From Octopus bimaculoides (lineage: Eukaryota): a DNA stretch of 64,000 nucleotides. Positions 28,758 through 43,302 of this stretch are shown one piece after another (positions within the stretch are counted from its first letter, which is position 1; every line of letters starts with the position of its first letter). Below the pieces are notes generated by a model. The model saw only the letters and a program-made list of their open reading frames with translations, was not told the DNA's origin and ran no database searches. The position numbers and the translations under genes were made by a program. The stretch covers positions 182,999,290 to 183,063,289 of the forward strand of contig NC_068982.1 of the NCBI RefSeq assembly GCF_001194135.2. Direction: 5' to 3'.

Positions 28758-28828
28758 CATTATTATTATTATATTTATTATTCAGGTCACTGCCTGGAAT
28801 CGAACTCGGAATCTTGGGGTTAGTAGCC
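28655..28828 (-). mobile_element. Family C element, tRNA-like head plus linker and body, truncated inside the hammerhead
   Basis: Reverse complement of the 51058 element from within the head to ...CACACCTG. Confidence 0.75.
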
Positions 28829-30182
28829 AAGATATTCAGCAAAAATGTGTTCTTGATACCAAAATACTACAATGCATATCATAAATCGACTTAGCGAGAA
28901 AAGTGAAACTCAAACTACAGTGGGGTAAGTTAAATAATTATAAATCTCAACAATATCACCATTAGAATGAACAAAATTACTTGGGTTATCTATTGTAGAT
29001 TGCTACTAGAAAATGTGGAGCCATACAAGAAAAATACGTGACTGAGAATTTATATTGATTATCTGACAGAATAATGTAGTCTGACAGATGACGAAATGGA
29101 AGGTGTAGATTAATGAAAGGCATGGTAAAAATTAAATGAAGGTCTTTTAAAAACCCATTAAAAAGTTACTGTTAGCGAGGATGCTGATTCTGACACTGTT
29201 TTTCATTGTGCTAGATCCCCGAAAAGCCTACAGACTCTCTATCGAAAAATATTAGTGGACGATTATATTGTTGATAATAGTAGGTTCACGTTTAAATCAC
29301 AAAATGTTCTGCAAAAGTTTACAGATACTCTCAGCTATAAACCACCCATGGTTGATCTCAAATACAGCATAAAACAAACATATTAGCAGTCAAGTCAGTA
29401 GAAGGAAATATACGCAGTCATAACGCCTCGATTGAAATCGTTTTTCGATAAAACGCCATATTTTTGTCAATGAATTCTCAGCTAGCTTCATTATTTTCAG
29501 ATAGTCAAATATGAGCTCATTTGAATAAAAGATGAGCTTGGTGGTTTAGGTGTGTAGCATAACAAGAATGTTTGTATCACATGTATTAGAGGAGAAAAGC
29601 GAATGGTTGTTAACGAGACCATAGCAGACCTATGCAGGTGTGATTGAGAGGAATTTTGTATTCAGAAGCATAGACAGACTGGAATGTAGCGAGGAATATG
29701 TTACAGAATAAAGATCAATAGAGAAGTTGTCTGCTTCAATATACTGCACACACTTAAATACACATTATTAATATTCTTGAAAATGTGTAGAAGATCGCGT
29801 GTTTGATGGCCTAATATATAGTTGAATCAGTTAGCACCTCACTGCTAAAAGTGAGCGGTCGGTGAGCCGAATTCGTGCCTTGACTATGTTTCCCAAATAC
29901 TACTGTTTCTCTTCACTTACGTCACTAAAACACCTGCGAATGTTAAATGCAGAACATCACCCATTACCTACTTCGGTAAAATCAATAGAAGTTAATCAAA
30001 TATCGATAAATACCTCTAATTATAAAATGTCAATCTGTTCAATCTCTTTATCGCAGTTGCGTGAGACATATACAATATTAATTAATTGAAATTTTTGGTT
30101 CTATGCTTATATAAGAAAACGCATAAAAACTTAATCTTTTTTTCTTTTTCAAAGCCTTTCTCTCCCTTTCTCTCTCTCTCTT

Positions 30183-30217
<35 letters not shown>

Positions 30218-30405
30218 CTATCTCTTTCTCTCTCTCTCACTCTCCCTTTCTCTCCTTCTCTTTCTTTCTTTCTCTATCCCTCTCTCTTTCTCTCTTTCTT
30301 TCTCTCTCTCCATATCTCTCTCCCTCTTACTTTCTTTCTCTCTCTTTCCCTCTCTCTCTCTTTCATTCTCTCTCTTCCTTTCCCTCTTACTATCTTTCTC
30401 TCTTC

Positions 30406-30446
<41 letters not shown>

Positions 30447-31105
30447 ACACACACACACTTTCTCTTTCTTCTTCTACCTCTCTTTCACTTCCTTTTTCTC
30501 TTTCTTGCTTTTTCTCTGAAAGTTTTGAAGCATAAAATTTCAAATGACACATTCTACTCGAGTAACCATCTTACGTACAGAATGCTGTTGAAGGTAAAGA
30601 AGTGATGGCGGTATGTGCTATAGTATGAAGGCAAGTAGTGTACTAATTGAGGAAGTGCTGGATGCTGTGAGCCTAAAGTCGATGTGACGGTAAAGAGAGT
30701 CGAAGAGGCAATAGCGATAACCATGATGATGATGATGAAGGCCATAGACGATTGTACTAATGTAGAAGCTGATGGTATTGATGGTTCCAGATGCCGCTGT
30801 TCCAATTGTTAAAACAGGCCACCTGAATCGCACACACAAAAAACAATATTCTGCAATTGTCAAAAAAATACATATTTTTCATAAGTGAAGGAAACTGCAC
30901 GACACTTGATAGTTAAATTCGATGTTTAGCTCAAATTTTAGCTTGTTTTACTTGTCGAGTTTCTCGGTACAATTTGTGTTACATCGTGCACGCACGAACA
31001 TGTCTCAATAAATACGTGATGTGTATGGTGGAGGAGTATACGTTGCTTATGTGGAATAATTCATATGCTGCTGGTTTTTATGAATGTACGTGAAGATTGT
31101 GAGTG

Positions 31106-31140
<35 letters not shown>

Positions 31141-31393
31141 GTTGTATTTCGATGAGGATATGTGCTTCACTCTGTATATGCGGTGAGAAGATGCGCGCGT
31201 GTGTGTGTGTGTGTGTGTGTGTGTTGCTTGTGTCTGTGCGTGCAATTACAAATGCACAATCATGCGATATAATCGAACACTACATAAGCATCAAAGCTTG
31301 AAATAAAGAAATTAGTACATTTGTATCAGCTGTAGCACGTACACTTCCGCATACACATACGCGCTATCATATGTACATACAAGCACGTATCTG

Positions 31394-31430
<37 letters not shown>

Positions 31431-31524
31431 TGCTTATTTATGTGTATGATACATCAAGCTGTTACACATATATATATATATATACATACGCACGCACACA
31501 CATATATTTATATGTCTATATTTA

Positions 31525-31618
<94 letters not shown>

Positions 31619-31725
31619 TACACACACACACATATATATACATACACATACATATACGCATACACATGCATGTTTATATCTATGTATAAATATTCGTTTT
31701 ACATGAGGAAAAGTACGCGTTTTTG

Positions 31726-31775
<50 letters not shown>

Positions 31776-32501
31776 CACACACACACACATATATATATAC
31801 TTACACACGCGGATTTTCTTTATATATGTTTACGTGTTTGCGAGTGTTAGTATGTACGTACATATGTTGTATGTCTATATTTGTGTGTGTGTGTGTGTGT
31901 GTGTATGCATTTTTGTAGGTACGGGTATGCTGTTATATTCTGTTTTCTTCGTACACACGTGTGTCGTGTAGTCGTGCTACGATGTGGAGAAGGGTGGATG
32001 TTAAAAGAAATCTTTTGCACCGGAAAACCTTCTACATAAAGGAATAGACATACCATGATCTGATTAGAGTTAACACTCAACTTGTTAATATACCTGCAGT
32101 CATCCATCTAAATGACAACGAGTACGCGCTCCCATACACAAACACACGCGCGTATCTGTATCTGTGTGTGTTTGTGAGTGTGTGTATGTGTGTGTATGTA
32201 TGTGTGTGCGCGCGCGTGTACATGGACTTATGTGCCTGACAAATTGGCACTCAACTGAATTATACGCATGCGCACACATACTGTAATTTTTCGTCAAATA
32301 CAAATACACACCCATACATGAATATTTTAGAATGTACATATATATATATATATATCTATATATATATATATATGTATGTATGTATGTATATATACATATA
32401 TGTATTTATATGTATTTATATATATATATATATACATACATACAAACATATGCATGCATACATACATATATACATATATATATATACAAGCATATAGGCA
32501 C

Positions 32502-32554
<53 letters not shown>

Positions 32555-32888
32555 TAAATAAAATTATATATAGTTTGATATACGATTCTGCACACATGCT
32601 GCACCTAATTTTGCCAATACTTAAACGCACGCGGACACTAACACACACATACTCGCACACAAGTACTCACATATACACAGACAGACCTATACGCACACAC
32701 ATACACACCCAGGCACACAGAAGATATATAATAGGATGTTTACACACTAACATATGAACAATTGCATCATAATAACGATGCACAACTTGTTCTTCATGTT
32801 TCCAATTCTTATAAATATATTTTTGACACTTGTTTCTTCAAATAACAAACATATTCACACATCTGTGCACAAGCACAAAAGACTTAAG

Positions 32889-32946
<58 letters not shown>

Positions 32947-33204
32947 GAAGCGTAGGAAGACACTCACACTCACACATATACATATATACATTTATGTGTA
33001 CATACATACATTGATGCATATATACGTAACATTTATACATACATTATTGAGGTATACATACATACATTAATAGATACATACATTAATACATACATACATA
33101 CATACATACATATCAAGGTAATCTACCCGCTGCTGGGTACCTATACCCGAATACTTGCACCGAAAGAAAACATTCTATCATGACTCTTCTTTAACGATTT
33201 ATCT

Positions 33205-33396
33205 GTTATCTCTCTCCCTTTCATTTTATCTACCCTTCTCTCTCTCTCTCCCTTTCATTTTATCTACCCTTCTCTCTCTCTCTCCCTTTCATTTTATCTA
33301 CCCTTCTCTTTCTCTCTCCCTTTCATTTTATCTACCCTTCTCTTTCTCTCTCCCTTTCATTTTATCTACCCTTCTCTTTCTCTCTCCCTTTCATTT
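33205..33396. repeat. 34-bp pyrimidine-rich minisatellite running into a gap
   Basis: Unit ttttatctacccttctctYtctctctccctttca, about 6 copies visible. Confidence 0.9.
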
Positions 33397-34058
33397 NNNN
33401 NNNNNNNNNNNNNNNNNNNNNNNNNNNNNNNNNNNNNNNNNNNNNNNNNNNNNNNNNNNNNNNNNNNNNNNNNNNNNNNNNNNNNNNNNNNNNNNNNNNN
33501 NNNNNNNNNNNNNNNNNNNNNNNNNNNNNNNNNNNNNNNNNNNNNNNNNNNNNNNNNNNNNNNNNNNNNNNNNNNNNNNNNNNNNNNNNNNNNNNNNNNN
33601 NNNNNNNNNNNNNNNNNNNNNNNNNNNNNNNNNNNNNNNNNNNNNNNNNNNNNNNNNNNNNNNNNNNNNNNNNNNNNNNNNNNNNNNNNNNNNNNNNNNN
33701 NNNNNNNNNNNNNNNNNNNNNNNNNNNNNNNNNNNNNNNNNNNNNNNNNNNNNNNNNNNNNNNNNNNNNNNNNNNNNNNNNNNNNNNNNNNNNNNNNNNN
33801 NNNNNNNNNNNNNNNNNNNNNNNNNNNNNNNNNNNNNNNNNNNNNNNNNNNNNNNNNNNNNNNNNNNNNNNNNNNNNNNNNNNNNNNNNNNNNNNNNNNN
33901 NNNNNNNNNNNNNNNNNNNNNNNNNNNNNNNNNNNNNNNNNNNNNNNNNNNNNNNNNNNNNNNNNNNNNNNNNNNNNNNNNNNNNNNNNNNNNNNNATAT
34001 ATATACATATATATATATATATCATAATGCTGTTTGTGAAACTATATGTGAATTTGAG

Positions 34059-34710
34059 AAGGCGTGTGGCCTAGTGGCAAGGCTATTGCACTCACGATCG
34101 GTAGATCGTGGATTCGATTCCTTAACTGGGCGGCACATTGTGTTCTTGAGCAATACACTTCATTTCATGTTGCTCTAGTCCTTTCGATCATGGGGAATGC
34201 TGGCTTGCTCGCCTAGCCAGCAGGGTGGCATTATTTCAATGCTAAAATAATGCAAAGCGCATTGTGACAAGCGATTTGTAACAACCTCTGATAGTCTGGT
34301 CGGTCACGTGATCACGTGTGACATGTGAATCTAAATTAATTGGCCTTGTACCCACGTGATTTCAGGCTTAGTTCCACTGCGCGGTACCGTGAGCTATTGT
34401 GTTTTACAAAAGGCCCTTTCCCCAGCCTTCTAAATGAACTTGGTAGACGGAAACTGGGCAGAAGCCCGACGTGTGTGTGTTTATATGTGTGTCTATGCGT
34501 GTGTGTTTGTCACCACCACCCACTGGTTGACCCAGAGTTGGTTTGTTTAGCTGCTCATAACTTACCAGTGCAGTAAAACAAACCAACAGAATATGCACCA
34601 GGTCTTCAAAATACATAAGTACTAGAGTCGATTTGTTCACGGGACACCTTTAAAGTAGTGCCCCAGTATAGGCTGAAGGCCAATGACTGAAACAAATAGA
34701 AGATAAAAGA
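34059..34710 (+). mobile_element. SINE with an alternative tRNA-like head and a family A-type 3' part
   Basis: Head GGCGTGTGGCCTAGTGG...GGATTCGATTCC, related to 13277-13490. 3' part homologous to the family A tail. Confidence 0.7.
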
Positions 34711-35042
34711 TTAAAGATTAAAAAATTTTCCACCTAAGAAAACAAGTACACTACGATCTATTGATAACTATTTGTCTTTGGACATACATACGTGATTACC
34801 TATATTAATAGCAACAGCCTATCGTACTTTCCTCGCTTTCATATGACGCTATCTTCAACTGTAATGACAGAGCATCGTCGTTTATATTTTGAGTTCTAAC
34901 TGAATAAATGATAATATCTGTCAGCATGAAACCTTGGGTTCCAGAAAGAAAACAAAGATCACATTAAAGGTATGCGCGTGTGTGTGTCGTGTCCTGTGCA
35001 TATGTGTGTGTGTGTGTGTTTTATCCATATATACATATGCAT

Positions 35043-35094
<52 letters not shown>

Positions 35095-35647
35095 NNNNNN
35101 NNNNNNNNNNNNNNNNNNNNNNNNNNNNNNNNNNNNNNNNNNNNNNNNNNNNNNNNNNNNNNNNNNNNNNNNNNNNNNNNNNNNNNNNNNNNNNNNNNNN
35201 NNNNNNNNNNNNNNNNNNNNNNNNNNNNNNNNNNNNNNNNNNNNNNNNNNNNNNNNNNNNNNNNNNNNNNNNNNNNNNNNNNNNNNNNNNNNNNNNNNNN
35301 NNNNNNNNNNNNNNNNNNNNNNNNNNNNNNNNNNNNNNNNNNNNNNNNNNNNNNNNNNNNNNNNNNNNNNNNNNNNNNNNNNNNNNNNNNNNNNNNNNNN
35401 NNNNNNNNNNNNNNNNNNNNNNNNNNNNNNNNNNNNNNNNNNNNNNNNNNNNNNNNNNNNNNNNNNNNNNNNNNNNNNNNNNNNNNNNNNNNNNNNNNNN
35501 NNNNNNNNNNNNNNNNNNNNNNNNNNNNNNNNNNNNNNNNNNNNNNNNNNNNNNNNNNNNNNNNNNNNNNNNNNNNNNNNNNNNNNNNNNNNNNNNNNNN
35601 NNNNNNNNNNNNNNNNNNNNNNNNNNNNNNNNNNTATATATATACAA

Positions 35648-35812
35648 GCGTAGGAGTGGCTGTGTGGTAAGTAGCTTGCTTACCAACCACATGGTTCCGG
35701 GTTCAATCCCACTGCGTAGCACCTTGGGCAAGTGTCTTCTACTTTAACCTCAGGCCGACCAAAGCCTAGTGAGTGGATTTGGTAGACGGAAACTGAAAGA
35801 AGCCCGTCGTAT
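35648..35812 (+). mobile_element. Family A SINE, 5' part running into a gap
   Basis: Homologous to 11836-12260. Confidence 0.8.
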
Positions 35813-35982
35813 ATATGTATGTATGTAATGTATGTAATGTATGTATGTATGTATGTATGTATGTNNNNNNNNNNNNNNNNNNNNNNNNNNNNNNNNNNNN
35901 NNNNNNNNNNNNNNNNNNNNNNNNNNNNNNNNNNNNNNNNNNNNNNNNNNNNNNNNNNNNNNNNNNNNNNNNNNNNNNNNNN

Positions 35983-36041
<59 letters not shown>

Positions 36042-37379
36042 TATATATATATATACATATATATTGGTTCAAACAAAGAAGGGTACCCTTAGTATTACTG
36101 GAACTTGTGAAACTATATATAAAACATGATGAAGAATAACGTTGAAATTTGGAAAAGCCTTGCAAATGTTTGCTTTTCCGTTTACAGCTAGCATTTGCTC
36201 TGTATACGTTAGCTTCTCATTCGCTTTGTTTGCAAATCTTTACTTTTCCGAGATTGTGACTTATATAGATAGTAAAACAACCAAGCGCACTGACAGCAAC
36301 AGAAATTTAAATTTATCTGTATGCATATGTACGTATGCAGGTATATATATATATATATAATATATATTTGTTCAAGTGTATATATATCCATAGACTGGTG
36401 TGTGCTTATCTCTGAATGTATGCGTATGTAGGCATGTGAATGTTTGTAAATATGTGTTGCGATTCTCATCGCAGTCACCCACTGTCATTTACAATGGATC
36501 AAAGATCCGATCTAGATATCGATTTTGACGTTAATCAGTTTCCTGTTACCCATTATTGATATTGAAATATTAAGATTGAGTTTATCTGTGATCGATTGTT
36601 CCACTTTGAAAACAGAATATTTTGCCGAATTTCGATTCCTAATACTGATATCTAATATTGATTAAGAAAATCATGAGAAATATCGATCTAGATTCTTTTT
36701 AAGTCTTTGTTTTGCAGAAAAGAATGGGTGCCATATGACGGCAGAAATGAAAACATCTAAGTACAGGGCTACATGCAGGGAAGAAGTGTCACAATGTCGA
36801 AGACTCGGTGTTTGATTTTACGTGTTTCATATTATGTATAGTGCGCAGAAGAGATTAGAGATGTCAATATAAATAGTTTAAAGGGAGAATGGCAGAAAGT
36901 ATTAGAAAGTTGGTCTGAGGGTTCACAACAAACTAAACGTCTTTAAAGACACCCAAGGATCGTGGGTTGTAAATTTAATCCACCTGGGTAATGATTAAGC
37001 TTACAATCCAAAATTGAGTAAAATTGAGTAGATTTTCGTAATATACTATAATGTAGATGCAAGCAAGAAGCAAGGGTCTTTTCTTTATTTCTTTTCTCTT
37101 TTATTTGCTGGGTCTTGAAGAAGGAACAGCACCCATGGCTTTCGCAGACTTTCTGATACTAGTAAGATTGATTTTTTCTTTTTGTTTATTTTAGTTAAAC
37201 ATGGATAAAAGAAGAGGTTGTGCTCATGGTCTTTGCAGGCCCTCGGAGACTAATCAGCTGAATGCCGTTAATATTCCGTCTTAAACTGTTGCAAATCAAC
37301 AATTGCCGGTAATGTATCACCTGCTTAAGTATGGATCTGTTCGTCGTATTCTTTGCATGAGAGTGAAACAAAGAGGCAA

Positions 37380-37900
37380 TTGATACATAGAAAGAAGAGA
37401 TGCCATTAAATTTCTTTTGGAACCATTGCAAGAAGGAATTCCAGAAATCTCACACCTTGGAAACGAAGAACAGGGCATAGTGATTGTTTTGGGGCCTGGG
37501 GGTTGGACATAACAAGAGCGATGAAAGAAGGAGAAGTGGGTGGATCAAGATTTCTTGCATGGAAGTTCATTAGCCCAGCCAGCTGTGATGAGCAAAGCTC
37601 TTTGTAATAGGCTGTGGGTTTGAAGTTGGAGTGTCTGTAAATGACTTTATGCTGATCAGTTACGTTGCCCTTTCCAGATGCGGTTTAGGATGACGTGTAT
37701 GTGAGCAGAGACGGCACTGCCTCACGTGTAGAAGTAATACTCTGTTGTGGGCTTCACCTGAGCTTTGTTGAGTATCAATAAAAGGCCTGTTGCTGCGATG
37801 CGGCTCTACTTATAAATGTACTTTCACTAGAAATCTTAGGTAATATTGAGGCACAAAATTTGGAGCGACCGTGAAGACTGTAGCAGCCTGCTAAGTGTTT
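37380..37900 (-). mobile_element. CR1/L2/Jockey-group LINE, RT C-terminal fragment
   Basis: LLILNKAQVKPTTEYY..*G resembles LYKAQVRPxLEYCSHIWG; NNHYALFF...FWNS resembles RTxHY..SFFPRT..LWNSLP. Confidence 0.6.
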
Positions 37901-40900
37901 AAGTGAATTGTGGCTTGAAGTTGCTTTGCTGGTATGGATTTGTACTTTCTTGTTGTAGGAAGAGACAAGTTTCTTTCATACTCAATGGAATATGAGTTCA
38001 AGGCCTGTCTTAATAGAATCGCTGTCTGTTTGGACAAATATATTTTACCGTAGTGTCGAGTCGATGGAAGCCTAGTGGTCAAATCGGATAAAAGGAGACT
38101 ATGCGGTAGCACGTCGGATGGACCGTAGCTATAATTCAAAGCTGCAACCAAATCACATTATGTCATGATGATTCTTCTTAAGAATTACGTTAAGAGTACA
38201 CGTGTCTGTGAAATACTCAGACTCTTACACGTTCAATTGATCGAACAATTGAATGGTCAACGTCGTAACGGACAGATAATCCATTATCGTCATCGTCGTC
38301 ATCATTGTCGTCATCGTCGTCGTCGGCGTCATCAATGTCGTATAATATAGCCGCTGTTATCGTTTAGACCTAATTCAGTTCTATGAGTAAAAGCGTTGCA
38401 AACATTACCGCTCCTCATTTTTTTTTTTTTTTAGTCATACTGGACTACATTATCCCGTGTGGTTTTTACTTTAAGATCTTGTAGTTACGTTTGAAGGATG
38501 CTTGTTTGCTGTTTCTAGAAAGTCAGACGACCATGTAAAGACTGCTCTGTGATTCAAAGCTTAGTGTAATAGTCAAATATAATATAAGATTCTTGTTCCA
38601 TCGTTTCATTTGTATACTAGGACTGCTTCTTGCGTGAAGTTGATCGAGATCACACAACAACATTCTAACGCGACTTCTGTTCAGTAGAAGACAATTGACA
38701 AGTTCTCCGTCAAACTCAACGATGATCATAGACTCATAAAATTAATTTATAAACAGCTAATTTTTCCAAAGACACGTGTATCCTCAGTGTACTTCTCAGG
38801 CTGAACAGCGTAGCATTATGTAACAAGCATTGTCTTTTTAATTATTGCCACAATAAAGAGAATGGGATGAGAAGAGAGACAGACAGACAGATAGACAGAC
38901 AGACAGACAGAGAAATCGTTTCTAGTATTGGACAGGTAGTTTGTTTAACAATCCCAAAACGATGAAGGGCAAAGTTGGCCTCGGCGGAATTTGAACTCGG
39001 TGAGCTTGAATGAGTATTGCAAGACATTCTGTTCGACACTTGAAATTATTCTACTAACACGCTGGTTGGATCAAGTGACGCTATACTCTATAGTGTAATG
39101 TGTTGTTGCTTATAGCTGTCTATTATTGTTATACTATCGTGTCGTATAGAATATATCGCCCAGGTTGTTACTATTATTTTACAGTATCAATCACGTGAAA
39201 GTGAGAGAGAAATTTTAGTGAATATGAAAGGGGGAAAAAAATCTATAATAGGCACGGCAAAATATTGAGTTGCTTCCCCTGAAAAGTCTATATAGAGTAA
39301 TCTCCCTTGTATATATTGTGCTTTTGACATGTAATTTTGTATTTTATTTCTAGTCTAGATTTGATGAAAACAGAAGAATCTTACTGAGCCTACCTTATGC
39401 AAGATAAGACAAAAGTTGCTACATGTTCATCGATTTTATATATTTTACAGTCAATTTTCTGTTACGTCTTGTAAATTCTAAATGTTGAAATTTAAAGTGA
39501 CGTTAAGTCAGGCCGTCTATTTCTTAATGGTCACTTTAAATTTCAGCATTTCTATGAATGAAGTGCGAGGGAAATGAGAGAGAGGAAGAGGAGAAGGGAG
39601 AGGAGGAGGAGGAGGAGGAGGTAACGAAGGGGAGGAGGTAACGAAGGGGAGGAGGTAACGATGGGGAGGAGGACAAAAAGGAAGACATGGAGGTGGATGA
39701 AAAAGAGAAGGACGAGGAACAGGAGGATGAGGAAGAGGTTACTGTTGATGATGATGATGATGAGGAGGAGGAGGAGGATGTTGTTCTGGTGCGGTGGGGG
39801 TTGGCGATGGTAGTTGCCTTCGCTCTGTTTGTTTAGCCTCGAGTCAACACTGATTGAGCAAACTTTGAAGATCCGTTTGAAATCACGAATAAAATCACTC
39901 TTATTGTAATCAGTCCGATACTTAGTGGTCCGTAACTGTTCAGCTGTTTACCAAAATGAATCAGAAGAATATAAAAGAACCGCTACTGAAACATTCAAAA
40001 AAGAAAAAAACATTGGCTAAACTCCTAAAGATGATACCGAACCAGCCCAGCATTCAAGGATACACTTAGCGAAGATCAGCTGCTACAAACTCAATAATAG
40101 ACCAACTTCCTGCTATAAAGCGACAACAAAACCGATAGGAATTAAGTTACGGCTGTGCTCCAGCGTGGCCGCAGTTCTACGATTGAAACCATTAACAGAA
40201 CAGAGTTCTTGTCTTGATGATGCTGGCATTTTTCTCTTTTTTTTTTCTTTTTGCCATGTATCTAGGATTACATTCTTCAAAAAATCTACAGAGTGGTTGC
40301 TATATATTAACAAGGCCCATAGCAACCACATGGAACCCTAAAAGTTTCTCGTTTATATCCGTAAAGTATATGTATAGTAATTGTGTTCTGATACTGGGAA
40401 GAGAAACCAGGTCAGAAACGCAAAATTGTTTGTCACATTTGAAGGCCAGATTTGAATTAAATATGCAACAATGGATCTTCATTAAAATGATTTATTTAAT
40501 AAACGTAAAATTATAATTATAAAAATTGAGAATTTGTAAATTATAAATATTAAAGCAATATCTGTAAATGTAAAACTACTCATAACATTTTTAGAGAAAT
40601 TAGATCATTAGAATAGAAATACAAACTTTCTTTGTGTTATATTTAAGATCTTGCCATAATGCAGTGTCTGTAACGCGCAAAGCATTTTTTTTTTTTCGGT
40701 TGACCACCATGTTACATAGAAAGCAATAAGATTTTCGTGGTAGGGACGATATTTTCATAGCAATATGACGATATTTTCATGGCAATATCGTTTCCATAAC
40801 GCGGGGTTGTTTGTATCATTTGACCAATAAAAATATATTTTATACGCAAAACCCTATCTTCTAGATCAGCATGGGTAAAGGCCTAAAAAACATCATGTGA

Positions 40901-41003
40901 CTATGCAACGAAGTCTAATTTGTAATAAGAATTAAAATGTGGTTTGGAGTGGGGAGATTCTTAGTGGATGTAATTTAGCTATTGTTACTTAACTTCGAAC
41001 TGA

Positions 41004-41210
41004 AAGCGGCGAGCTGGCAGAATCATTAACGCGTGGGGAAAATGCCTTGTGGTATTTACTCAAGCCCTGTACATTGTGAATTCAAATCCTAAAATCAATT
41101 TTGCTTTTCAACTCTCCAAAATCGATCAAATAAGCCAAAAGCCAAATATTGGAGTTGGTGGTATCGATTAACTCCTTCCCCTGAAAGTGGCTAAATTAGA
41201 AACTGTTATT
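41004..41210 (+). mobile_element. Family B SINE, diverged
   Basis: Head gcggcgagctggcagaatc and a degraded central domain. Confidence 0.7.
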
Positions 41211-41254
41211 TAATCTTAAATTAACGTTTATCATTAAAAGTTATAATAATCATA

Positions 41255-41570
41255 GATGCAGGAGTGACCGTGTGGTAAGAAGTTTGCTTCCCAACCACAT
41301 GGTTCCGGGTTCAGTCTCACTGCGTGACACCTTTGGCAAGTGTCTTCTACTATAGCTCGTGTGAATGTGTTTGCGTGCTTGTTCCTCACCATCACCTGAC
41401 AACCGATGTTGGCTTGTTTACGCTCTCGTAACTTAGTAGTTCCGCAAGAGAGGCCGATAGAATAAGTACCAGGCTTTAAAATAAATAAGTACTGAGATCG
41501 ATTCATTCGACTAAAATTCTTCAAGGCAGGGCTGCATCGTGGCCGCAATCTAATGACTGAAACAAGTGAC
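41255..41570 (+). mobile_element. Family A SINE with an internal deletion
   Basis: Head and tail homologous to family A; central part after ctactatagc is missing. Confidence 0.8.
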
Positions 41571-42531
41571 AAAAAAATATCATTATTTCAAAATCAACAT
41601 TTATCAGGAACAGCCATAACCATCTTCTTGCACTTTATTTAGCCATCGTGTTTCTACTACTAAATAGAGTATCACTTTTTCAGGTGTGATTTGAAGGATA
41701 TTAGGCTGCTATTTTTAGCATGGCTAAAAACAATATGGAGGGTTTTTTCCTTAACATCTATGCGGTGTTAAAGCTGTTGCCCATAGATGTTGCCTGTGTG
41801 TGAATGATCAGAGAACAACGAAGGGTGGTATCATGTAAAGGTGAGTGCATAATAAAGTTAATCCGTGCCCGGTCCATCAGCAGGACCTGAGTTTAGCTGA
41901 CTTGAGTACAACTCATTCTTGATTGATTTTAATAGGGTCCACTCTGTTTGAAACTACCACTACCACCTGACTTTGGATAGCTTCCATTCAGTTAGAATCA
42001 ATCGGCTCACATCTCAAATCCAATTAAATGGAGTTCATCCTCAATTCCTCCTACCAGTGAGGTAACCCAATATGCAGAGTCAGTGGAGCAACGGATAGAG
42101 TGTTTCGCGGGAATCATTCCGGAGACGGCGGCGGAGGCGGCGGCGAAGACGGCGGCGAAGACGGCGGCGAAGGCGGCGGCGAAGGCGGCGGCGGAGGCNN
42201 NNNNNNNNTTGGTAGTGGTGGTGGTCGTAGTCGTCGTCGTCGTCGTCGTCGTCGTCGTAGTCGTCTTCGTGCTACTGGTGTTAGTGCTAGTGACAGTGGT
42301 AATGGTGCTTAGGATGCCGGTGACGATGGTGGTAGTGATAGAGCTGATAACGATGGAGGTAACTAACATACAGTATATTTCATCCTTTATGGCCCCTATG
42401 GAAATTTGCCATCATTTCACCATTCCTGTCTCGGACATATCTACGGGTTCGGTCACTTGACACTAGCCATCATCATCACCATCATCACCAACACTGCCAC
42501 TACCACCACAATCATCCTCATCATCATCAGT

Positions 42532-42566
<35 letters not shown>

Positions 42567-43256
42567 TATCATCATCATCATTATTATCATCATCATTTCC
42601 GCCGAAGATGACTTGGCTTTCATCAATTCGGGATCGATAAAGTAAGTACCAGTTAAGTTCTGAGGTCGATGCAGACGGCTAACTCCTCCCGGCAAATTTC
42701 AGGCCTTTGTGCCTATTGTAAAATAAAAAGTATTATTATGACGCAAATTTCCCTATCAGTTTCGGTCAAGTGCTGTCATTCTATGAGCGTTTTAGAAACG
42801 TTAGAATTGTTTTTGTGTTAGAAATCCTCTGACGTTGGAATACTATATTGGCAGCAAAGTCGACGCGATATTAAAGAGATGTTCGCTGAAAAGAGCGTTT
42901 CCATTGATCTTCAAATGTGTCTTGTGTTTTTGGTTTAAAGAACCATTATTTTTCCTTTTCAAGCTTTGGTCAGATCACGATGACATAACAAGGATAGAGT
43001 GACAGGGAGAGAGGAAGAGAGAGAGAGAGAGATATCATAACGGTAAAGCTATATTTATTTCAATACTTGTCTGTCTATGTGTCTAGAATATATTTTATAT
43101 CGTACAGGTCAGATGGCGGAAATGAAGATCAGAGTTATAAATCCTAACATTTCGAAGATCTTGTTTTCGTTTATCATCAAAGACTGTAGAACTTCGCTTA
43201 ATATTTCTTAAAAGAACTTTGGCACGACTCTGAATCAAATACTGTTTATGTTTTTC

Positions 43257-43302
<46 letters not shown>

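Noticed and set aside
33205-33396. Regular 34-bp repeats suggesting a CRISPR array
   Set aside because: No spacers, eukaryotic context and no cas genes; it is a minisatellite.
42120-42260. GC-rich 12-bp repeat encoding Ala/Lys-rich AAAKTAAK
   Set aside because: Low complexity, next to a gap, with no splice or homology support.
43148-43190. Degenerate hammerhead-like TTGATGA...CGAAATGTT on the minus strand
   Set aside because: Core mismatches and no convincing stems I or II.
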